Shown here piece by piece: positions 25,527 to 32,000 of a stretch of 32,000 nucleotides of DNA (its first letter is position 1; every line of letters starts with the position of its first letter). A program made the translations under genes and the position numbers. The notes beneath the pieces were generated by a model. The model had not been told where the DNA came from, made no database searches, and saw only the letters and a program-made list of their open reading frames with translations. This DNA comes from Desulfatiglans anilini DSM 4660 (GTDB taxonomy: Bacteria > Desulfobacterota > DSM-4660 > Desulfatiglandales > Desulfatiglandaceae): contig NZ_AULM01000011.1 in the NCBI RefSeq assembly GCF_000422285.1, positions 76,425 through 108,424 of the forward strand, written 5' to 3'.

Positions 25527-26525
25527 ATGGCTAGCAAAGATGCAGAAAATCGGAGAGCGACGGTGGGGTACGGTTCGACCTATCGCAGGGGCCGTAGCCA
25601 GGACCCCGCGGATAACGCCTCGCTGAAGGCGGTTTTGAACGGACAGCTCTGGATGGTCAAGCCGGACAAGCAGGCCCAGGCGGCCAATCCGTGCATCTGG
25701 ATGCAGGCGGGCGTGGTCGATTTCAAGAACTGCAACAACTTCTACGATTGTACGACCTGCAAGTATGATGGGGGTATGAAGAAAAAGGTCGAGAAGGGGG
25801 CCGCGACCGGTTGGCGGGATGCGATGCGGCGGAGGCCCGGCCTGGAGCGGGTCTGCCGCCACACCTTGACGAACCGGATCGAGGAGCGGGTCTGCGCCTA
25901 CGATTACGCCTGTCACAAGTGTGACTTCGACCAGTTTTTCGAGGACGTGTGGGCCCCGAAAACGGCGTCCCGGCCGGACGAGATGCACGATGTCAAAGGC
26001 TTTGCTGTCCCGACGGGCTATTATTTCAACGACGGCCACTCATGGGCCCGGATCGAAAGCGGCGGGTACATCCGGATCGGCATGGACGACTTCGCTCTCA
26101 AGCTGTTTGGCAGGGCCGATGCGTATGAACTGCCGGTTATCGGGAAAGAGTTGTCTCAGGGCAAACCTGGATGGGGTTTCAAACGATCGGCGCAGGAGGC
26201 CGAGGCCCTTTCGCCGGTGAACGGGGTTATCGTCGAGGTCAACGGCGATCTGCGTGAAAAGCCGGCGATGGCGAATGCCGGGCCTTATGAGGCCGGATGG
26301 ATGATGCTCGTGAGGACACCCGATATCAAGGGAACACTGGCGAATCTGATGACCGACGCCGACAGTATCGGATGGCTGAACCAGGAGGTGAGGCAGCTGG
26401 AAGGCATGATCGAGGAGGTGGCCGGACCTCTGGCGGCAGACGGTGGTACACTGGGTGAGGACATCTATGGGAATCTGCCGGGTCTTGATTGGGGCAACCT
26501 CCGGCGTGCGTTTCTCAAAAGCTGA
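25527..26525 (+). CDS. GcvH-fold protein lacking the lipoyl-lysine, with two N-terminal C-X12-C-X5-C-X2-C modules
   Basis: 332 aa, with SD AAAGGAG. The Cys modules are at Cys56/69/75/78 and Cys110/123/129/132. The C-terminal half, YYFNDGHSWARIE...IRIGMDDFA...LSPVNGVIVEVNGDL...PYEAGWMM, is collinear with glycine cleavage H protein. Confidence 0.78.
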   Translation: MASKDAENRRATVGYGSTYRRGRSQDPADNASLKAVLNGQLWMVKPDKQAQAANPCIWMQAGVVDFKNCNNFYDCTTCKYDGGMKKKVEKGAATGWRDAMRRRPGLERVCRHTLTNRIEERVCAYDYACHKCDFDQFFEDVWAPKTASRPDEMHDVKGFAVPTGYYFNDGHSWARIESGGYIRIGMDDFALKLFGRADAYELPVIGKELSQGKPGWGFKRSAQEAEALSPVNGVIVEVNGDLREKPAMANAGPYEAGWMMLVRTPDIKGTLANLMTDADSIGWLNQEVRQLEGMIEEVAGPLAADGGTLGEDIYGNLPGLDWGNLRRAFLKS

Positions 26526-26832
26526 TCGCGAAGCGGAGCACCCTGCTGGGAGCCCGCCACGCAGCGAGTCCTTTTTCGTAGTCAAGCGCGATGCAGCCGG
26601 GCAGGCCGGGCCCGGCTCCAAGGTCTCATGCTGAGGGTGGATGCGGCGAAAGACTGAAACCGGCCGGCATAAACGACCGGTCCGAAAACGAGGTTTTGCG
26701 GCGGAAATCAGCGGAATCAAGCCGTCGGGCGCATCCTGACGCCCGATCATCTTAGAGGCGGGAATTGCAGGGAAGCAGAAGAAAACCGGGAAAGCCCGCT
26801 TGCCGGGGCAACCGGATCCAGGGAGAGATGCT

Positions 26833-27552
26833 ATGGAAAAAGAGAGGGAGACCGGAAACCGACTGGATGCGCGCCGTCCATGCAAGAGGCATGTGGAAGG
26901 ATACATCGGATACCGACCCTGCACCCATGATTACCGCTGCGATGATTGCGAGTTCGAGCAGTTTTTCCTGGATCACTACCGGGTTCATGCGGTGGTTCAG
27001 CCCGTTGATACGATCAAGATCCGGGGGTTCGATGTGCCGCAGGGGTATTATTTTCACGCGGGCCACACGTGGGCGAAGGTCGAGGGAGACCAGACGGTGC
27101 GTATCGGGCTGGATGATTTCGCCTTCAAGACGCTCGGCCCCTTCGACCGCCTCGATGTGCCGTTGATTGGAAAGGAGATCCATCAGGATCGTCCAGCCGT
27201 AACGGTTTATCGGGATGAACACCGCTCGGCCGTCCGTTCGCCGCTGAGCGGTATTGTGACCGCTGTCAACCAGGAGCTTCTCGAGGATGCGCGTGCGGCG
27301 TTCGACCATCCCTATGCCGACGGATGGCTTCTGACAGCCCATGCTACGGCGCTCAGGAGCGATCTGAAACAGCTCATGATCGATCAAGAGACGAAAGCGT
27401 TTATGCGGAAAGAGGTCGACGAGCTGTTCGGTCTGATCGAGGAGACCCTGGGGCCTATGCCGAACGATGGAGGCGATATCCGGGGCGACCTGTACGGAGA
27501 AGCTCCGGAGATTGGCTGGGACAGGTTGAGCCGCCTGGTTTTCAAGACGTGA
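26833..27552 (+). CDS. GcvH-fold protein lacking the lipoyl-lysine, with one N-terminal C-X12-C-X5-C-X2-C module (paralogue)
   Basis: 239 aa from the ATG at 26833, after SD AGGGAGAG. The track ORF starts at a TTG at 26800. The Cys module is at Cys17/30/36/39, followed by YYFHAGHTWAKVE...VRIGLDDFA...RSPLSGIVTAVNQEL...PYADGWLL. Confidence 0.78.
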   Translation: MEKERETGNRLDARRPCKRHVEGYIGYRPCTHDYRCDDCEFEQFFLDHYRVHAVVQPVDTIKIRGFDVPQGYYFHAGHTWAKVEGDQTVRIGLDDFAFKTLGPFDRLDVPLIGKEIHQDRPAVTVYRDEHRSAVRSPLSGIVTAVNQELLEDARAAFDHPYADGWLLTAHATALRSDLKQLMIDQETKAFMRKEVDELFGLIEETLGPMPNDGGDIRGDLYGEAPEIGWDRLSRLVFKT

Positions 27553-27637
27553 AACTGCGCACTTTCCGGAAGGAAACCAACTCCTGTCCAGATGTTCCCT
27601 GCCTCAGAGGGGACCCCGGATCGGCAAACGGCGTGAT

Positions 27638-28207
27638 TCAAGGCGTTTCTTCCGCCATCCTGTCCAGTTCGTCTTGGAGGAGAACCCTGCAATATCGGCA
27701 GAATGCCTGGGATTTGCGGTCGACATGCTCGATTTTGCGGCAATAGTGCATGATGCAGCGGGTTTCAGGGCAATGCTTGAGATTGAAGGTGTGGCCGAGT
27801 TCGTGGACGGCCTCCTTCATGAGGCGGCAGCGGAGTCGTTCAGGATCGCCTCCGGCAGAGATCCCCTCGTTCAGCCGGTGGGTCGAGACGATGCAGGCCC
27901 TGCCACCCAGTTGAGCTTCGCCGTAAACGTGGGTGAGGATCGGAATGTACAGGTCGCGGTCGGTGACGGCCAGGATCTTCAAGGCATCGGGCGGGGCGAG
28001 TTCAGCAAGCCGGGTGAGGATCGCCGTCGAATGGTATTGATCCCTTTGCGTGTTGTAAGCGAAATCGATGCTGTCCAAGAGGGGCATGGCGACTGTCGGA
28101 TAGCCGAAAAGACGACTGATTTCGAGGCCGACGGATTCGAGATAGGATTCCTGGCCGTCGCTAATGGAAGTCAGGACGATGATGGATGATGCCTTTCCTG
28201 GTTTCAA
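27638..28207 (-). CDS. Archaemetzincin-type zinc metallopeptidase (peptidase M54)
   Basis: It has HELGHTFNLKHCPETRCIMHYC...CRYC, matching the HEXXHXXGX3CX4CXM...CXXC signature with G replaced by N. The upstream region DRDLYIPILTHVYGEAQLGG is typical of AMZ proteins. The proposed TTG start at 28207 overlaps the activator stop as TTGA and follows AGGAAGAAGGA. The track ORF to 28297 would overlap the activator by 94 nt. Confidence 0.78.
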   Translation of the reverse strand: MKPGKASSIIVLTSISDGQESYLESVGLEISRLFGYPTVAMPLLDSIDFAYNTQRDQYHSTAILTRLAELAPPDALKILAVTDRDLYIPILTHVYGEAQLGGRACIVSTHRLNEGISAGGDPERLRCRLMKEAVHELGHTFNLKHCPETRCIMHYCRKIEHVDRKSQAFCRYCRVLLQDELDRMAEETP

Positions 28208-29550
28208 TCCTTCTTCCTGATTCCGTAGCGCTTCATTTTGCTGTAAAGGGTCGACCGGTCGATGCCCAATGTCTCCGCGCACTTGGATATATTCCACTGG
28301 TGTTGTTCAAGGATTTTAACGATGTGGGCCTTCTCGAGTTCTTTCAGGGACTGATCGGCGGGCTCGAGGGTCATCTGGTCCGGGCTGAAGATCGGCAGAT
28401 GTTCAGGCAGGATGGTCGGGCCTTTGGCAACGACGACCGCCCGTTCGACGGCGTTTTCCAGTTCCCGGATATTGCCCGGCCATTCATAGAGCATCATCTC
28501 GTCCAGGGCGTCACGGCTGATCCGTTCGACCGGTTTGTTCGTCTCCTGCGCGAAACGGTGCAGGAAATGCGCGGCAAGCAGAGGGATGTCCTCTTTACGT
28601 TCCCTGAGGGGCGGCATCTCGAACGTAAACACGTTCAAGCGGTAGTAGAGATCCTCCCGGAAGCTCCTTTCGCGGATCGCCTGCTCCAGGTTGCGGTTGG
28701 TGGCTGCAATGACGCGGAAATCCACCTCGAGCGGCTGGGTGCTTCCGAGGCGGTAAAAGACATGATCCTCGAGGATCCGCAGTAGATCGATCTGCATCCG
28801 CATGCTGATCTCGCCGATCTCATCGAGAAAAAGGGTGCCGCCGTGGGCCAGTTCGAATCGTCCCTTCTTGGTCTCTTTGGCATCGGTGAAGGCCCCTTTC
28901 TGATAGCCGAACAACTCGCTTTCGAGAAGCTGTTCCGGAAAGGCGCCGCAGTTGATCGAGACGAAGGGCCCGGCGCAGCGGCGGCTGAGGGTGTGGACGG
29001 CCTTTGCGGCGAGGCCCTTGCCCGTGCCGGTTTCACCCCGGATCAGGACGGTCGAGTCGGTCGGGGCGACATCGCGGATCAGCTCGAAGACCTTCTGCAT
29101 GGCCTTTGACTGGCCGATCATGCTTTCGAAGCGGGTCCTTTCGCGCACTTCCTGTCGGAGATACTGGTTTTCGAGTGCCTGCAGCTGCTGTTTTTCGATC
29201 CGCTCGATCAGGATTCCGAGTTCGTCCGGATCGAACGGTTTCATCAGGTAGTCGGTGGCGCCGTGCTTCATGGCTTCGACCGCCGTGTTGACCGAACCGT
29301 ACGCCGTGATCATGATGACGGCGATGTCAGGATCGTTCTCCTTGACAGCCTTCAGGACGTCCAGACCGCTCATGCCCCCCATCTTGATGTCCAGCAGAAT
29401 GATATCGAAGCGGGATTCTTCGATCATCGCCAGGGCCTCTTCGCCGCTCGAAGCGGTCTTCAGTTGATGCCCGTCTCTTTCAAGCCAGCCTGCCAGAGAT
29501 TCCCTTACGATGAGTTCATCATCGACGATCAGGATCTTGCTGCCGCCCAT
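28204..29550 (-). CDS. Sigma54-dependent response regulator (REC - AAA+ - Fis-type HTH; NtrC family)
   Basis: REC domain: KILIVDDE...[17 protein letters not shown]+ domain: [31 protein letters not shown]: [25 protein letters not shown]. The ATG at 29550 follows AAGGAGG with 5-nt spacing. The track start at 29580 is a TTG extension. Confidence 0.92.
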   Translation of the reverse strand: MGGSKILIVDDELIVRESLAGWLERDGHQLKTASSGEEALAMIEESRFDIILLDIKMGGMSGLDVLKAVKENDPDIAVIMITAYGSVNTAVEAMKHGATDYLMKPFDPDELGILIERIEKQQLQALENQYLRQEVRERTRFESMIGQSKAMQKVFELIRDVAPTDSTVLIRGETGTGKGLAAKAVHTLSRRCAGPFVSINCGAFPEQLLESELFGYQKGAFTDAKETKKGRFELAHGGTLFLDEIGEISMRMQIDLLRILEDHVFYRLGSTQPLEVDFRVIAATNRNLEQAIRERSFREDLYYRLNVFTFEMPPLRERKEDIPLLAAHFLHRFAQETNKPVERISRDALDEMMLYEWPGNIRELENAVERAVVVAKGPTILPEHLPIFSPDQMTLEPADQSLKELEKAHIVKILEQHQWNISKCAETLGIDRSTLYSKMKRYGIRKKD

Positions 29551-29791
29551 GGAGCCCTCCTTGTTCGTTTCCGTTCCCAAACTGTTCCGCCGGTCGCTCT
29601 CTGTACCGGACCGCAGGCCGTTTCGTGCCGACCCCTATGCGCGGTGATCCGTCCAGGCGGATCCCCGCTTTTGCTGCCCCCGGCCGGAGGGCGGCCTTTG
29701 CGCGTCGAAGATGCTCCTGGGATGGATGCTGGCTCCATTCGAATGCCACCTCCTGCTCATCGGGGAATGGCTGCCAAGCGGGGCCTGCCTT

Positions 29792-29915
29792 TCCATCCGG
29801 AAGTGAGAATGTTTCTTCGCAGTGGGCCCCGGGTTTTTCCGTATCAAGCATACGAGGCGTTTGTTCGTGCGGCGACCCGGAGGTCGGCTTCGTGCAAATG
29901 AGCATTCCGTACGCC
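29792..29915 (-). repeat. MITE-like repeat, copy D (degenerate, module 3 plus terminus) between the kinase and activator genes
   Basis: The + strand starts TCCATCCGGAAGTGAG, the same terminus as copy B. The core GTGCGGCGACCCGGAGGTCGGC...GCAAATGAGCATTCC is collinear with module 3 of copies B and C but carries indels. Confidence 0.55.
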
Positions 29916-30016
29916 TCCCTTCTGGAGATTGGGCAGACCATGGATCTGGATAGTTTTCCCACGGCCTGAGAACAGCGGACTTTTCGACACGCTGTCATAG
30001 GTTTCGGACGCGCGCA

Positions 30017-31567
30017 TCAGGCGCCCTGGCTCGCCTCCCGATTCACCGGGAGTTTGACGAGAAAGGTCGTGCCCTTGTCCGGCTCCGACTGAACCTCGAT
30101 GGTCCCGCCATGGTTTTCGATGATGCCGTAGGCCACTGAAAGACCCAATCCGACGCCCTTCCCTTTAGTCTTGGTGGTGAAGAAGGGTTCGAACAGGCGC
30201 GGGAGGTTTTCTTTGGGGATGCCGGGGCCGTTGTCCTCGAATGTAATGAAGACCTGGCCGGCTTCTTTGACGTCGCCGGTCCTGATCGTCAGCGTGCCGC
30301 CGGGCATTGCCTCCATGGCCTCGGCGGCGTTGGAAATGAGGTTCATAAAGATCTGCTGGAGGTGATCCTCCGAGCCCATGACCTCGGGAAGCCCGGGATC
30401 GAGGTCGGTAACGACGCTCACATTGTGTATCTTGAGGAGATTCGAGTTCAGGAACAAGGTCTTCTGCACCAGCCGGTTGAGATCGACGAGTTTCAATTCA
30501 ATTTTCGACTGTCTGGAGAACGTGAGCAGGTTGGAGACGATCCTGCTGATCCGCCGGGTTTCCGTCTCCATGAGGTCCAGGTAGCGGGCGAATTTCTGCA
30601 GGTCCTCGGTTGTCAGGCGCCCCTCCTGGCTGATGCGTTTCATGAGCAGGATCAGGTTGAGAATGCCGGCTATGGGATTGTTGATTTCGTGGACGACGGA
30701 AGCGGACAGCTTTCCCAAGGAGGCCATTTTGTCCTGATGAAGGAGTTTGGCGTGCGTTTCTTCAAGGGCTTTCGTCCGCTCCTCGACCATCCTCTCCAGG
30801 CGCTGGGTGATGCGCTCTTCCTCGCGTTTCCGGTCGGTGATGTCGCGGCTGACTTCGATGAATTTCGATATTCGGCCGTTGTCCTCGAAGATGGGGAACA
30901 TGGTGACTTCGGTATAAATGGGCTGTCCGTCGCTGTCGATACGCGTTACGACCTGCTGTGAAGGCTCCCTGTTCCTGATGGCCTCGTTCATGGGGCAGAA
31001 GATGATGCCTTCGTTGCAGGGCTGGTTGCCTTTCTGGAAGACCTCATGGCAGGAGTGTCCGACGACCTGCTCGCGGGTGTAGCCCATTTTGGTCAGGAAG
31101 GCCTCGTTCACCTCCACGATCTTTCTGTCCGGGGTGATGACGAGAATAAAGTCCTGAATTCCGTTGAGGATGGTTTCCATATCGAGGCTGCGGTCACGCC
31201 ATTTGGCTTCCTCAAGCCGGGTGGCCGCCCAGAACATCATAAAGACCGCGCGGGTCATGATGCGGATGTGATCGGGGCTGTGTTTGAGGACGTCGTCGGT
31301 GACTTTTTCGTCCCGGCAAAGGACCAGAATCAGGTGGATATCGAGGGATGGGTCGTAAAGCGCATGGTAATCTTCGAGGACGCTGAGCCCGATGGATTTC
31401 GCGAAGAGGACTGCCGGGCTCTCCGGGTCGGGGTCGACGACGGCGACATACCGGGCCTTGACATCCTCCTGGGAATAGGAACTGGTGGTCTTTTCGAGGA
31501 CCTCGCGGGCCAGTTTTCCGCCGCCGACAATCCCGATATTCAGCAGCGAAGGCGGGTGTTCGACCAT
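30017..31567 (-). CDS. Cytoplasmic sensor histidine kinase (Rossmann-like N-domain - Cys-rich PAS - HisKA - HATPase_c)
   Basis: 516 aa with no hydrophobic segment. N-terminus: NIGIVGGGKLAREVLE. PAS domain contains HSCHEVFQKGNQPCNEGIIFCPMNEA. H-box: SVVHEINNPIAGI. N box: NLISNAAEAM. G boxes: DNGPGI and GKGVGLGLS. Confidence 0.9.
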   Translation of the reverse strand: MVEHPPSLLNIGIVGGGKLAREVLEKTTSSYSQEDVKARYVAVVDPDPESPAVLFAKSIGLSVLEDYHALYDPSLDIHLILVLCRDEKVTDDVLKHSPDHIRIMTRAVFMMFWAATRLEEAKWRDRSLDMETILNGIQDFILVITPDRKIVEVNEAFLTKMGYTREQVVGHSCHEVFQKGNQPCNEGIIFCPMNEAIRNREPSQQVVTRIDSDGQPIYTEVTMFPIFEDNGRISKFIEVSRDITDRKREEERITQRLERMVEERTKALEETHAKLLHQDKMASLGKLSASVVHEINNPIAGILNLILLMKRISQEGRLTTEDLQKFARYLDLMETETRRISRIVSNLLTFSRQSKIELKLVDLNRLVQKTLFLNSNLLKIHNVSVVTDLDPGLPEVMGSEDHLQQIFMNLISNAAEAMEAMPGGTLTIRTGDVKEAGQVFITFEDNGPGIPKENLPRLFEPFFTTKTKGKGVGLGLSVAYGIIENHGGTIEVQSEPDKGTTFLVKLPVNREASQGA

Positions 31568-31776
31568 GGATTCTTCTCCTTTGTGGGCGCTGGATGCGGA
31601 TCGGCCGGGGATTGGCGCATGCCGTGGTGAAAGGACGAAACGCGTATCCGGCCGGAATTGCTTGATCCAGCGCGCGCCGAATGGAAACTAAGCGTTGATC
31701 GGGCGGCTGGGTGTGGTTAAAATAGCTTCATACGGGAGTGGAGAAAAGGCTGTTCCCGGCTGGGAGCATAATAAGA

Positions 31777-32000
31777 TCCATCCGGGAATGATTTCCCGGA
31801 AAAACCCGGTTTCCAACCCGGAAATGAGGATTTTCTCGCCACACCCTTCAGGTGCTCAGTCCCAACGCTTTGGCGTGAGGCTGGTCCCGGTTTTTTTCAA
31901 TATCAAGGAAATCAAGCGTTTGCGCGGAGGCGACCTGCAGGTCGCCGCACAAGCAAACGTGCAGATTGACGCCGAGATTGGCCAAAAAGACCATTTCCGG
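31777..32000 (+). repeat. MITE-like modular repeat, copy C (near-complete, right terminus cut by the window edge)
   Basis: It starts TCCATCCGGGAATGAT and contains the palindrome TCCGGGAA-tgat-TTCCCGGA at 31781-31800. Modules 1, 2 and 3 are present once each. The window ends in ...GACCATTTCCGG, which is the inverted copy of the left terminus. Confidence 0.8.

Noticed and set aside
26040-26924. 294-aa minus-strand ORF across the two H-like genes and their spacer
   Set aside because: It is antisense to two genes with conserved domain structure, and its composition is Pro/Arg/Ser-rich.
27638-28297. Longer 219-aa version of the archaemetzincin ORF
   Set aside because: It would overlap the activator gene by 94 nt and adds an N-terminus unlike the family. 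A TTG at 28207 with an SD gives the expected length of about 189 aa.
29519-29998. 159-aa minus-strand ORF filling the kinase-regulator gap
   Set aside because: It has no SD and a Arg/Pro/Gly-rich sequence, and it overlaps the better-supported activator start. Part of it is the degenerate repeat copy D.
31906-31965. Conserved structured RNA formed by the module 3 hairpin (CGTTTGC-GC-GGCGACC-tgca-GGTCGCC-GC-GCAAACG)
   Set aside because: The long hairpin is good in copy C. Substitutions in copies A and B, however, break pairs without compensatory changes, so I cannot support a conserved RNA fold from these four copies alone.

Overview
High-GC (about 60% by eye) bacterial chromosomal segment with tightly packed genes, mostly on the minus strand and mostly preceded by Shine-Dalgarno sequences. 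The gene content (sigma54 activator, tungsten-type aldehyde:ferredoxin oxidoreductase, phenylphosphate-synthase-like pair, UbiD/UbiX, xanthine-dehydrogenase-family three-subunit enzyme) suggests a strictly anaerobic, Desulfobacterota-like degrader of aromatic compounds; this is inference. Layout: (i) 1-3.8 kb holds housekeeping genes yebC-ruvC-ruvA-ruvB and rlmE. (ii) 4.0-8.3 kb holds an AOR gene and a compact operon of PaaK-like ligase, a 62-aa ORF and a nitroreductase. (iii) 8.5-21.4 kb is a co-directional 10-gene array: UbiD-family (de)carboxylase, aryl-CoA ligase, UPF0261, UbiX, FAD/2Fe-2S/Mo subunits of an XDH-family enzyme, a PpsA-like/PpsB-like pair and a receiver-only response regulator. 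A LysR regulator is transcribed divergently, and a second UPF0261 paralogue lies beyond it. The array reads as a peripheral pathway of phosphorylation, carboxylation, CoA ligation and reductive removal of a para substituent, as for phenol or aniline, but its subunit composition is non-canonical. (iv) 25.5-31.6 kb is the best candidate for an undescribed system. A perfect sigma54 promoter drives two tandem GcvH-fold proteins that lack the lipoyl-lysine and carry repeated C-X12-C-X5-C-X2-C modules. Next to them is an operon of a cytoplasmic PAS histidine kinase, an NtrC-type sigma54 activator and an archaemetzincin. (v) Four copies of a modular, MITE-like repeat with imperfect terminal inverted repeats lie in intergenic regions at about 6.0, 24.9, 29.85 and 31.9 kb. 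One of them sits between the kinase and activator genes. I found no rRNA, tRNA, CRISPR array, transposase or integrase gene. Many long ORFs in the supplied track are antisense shadows typical of high-GC DNA.
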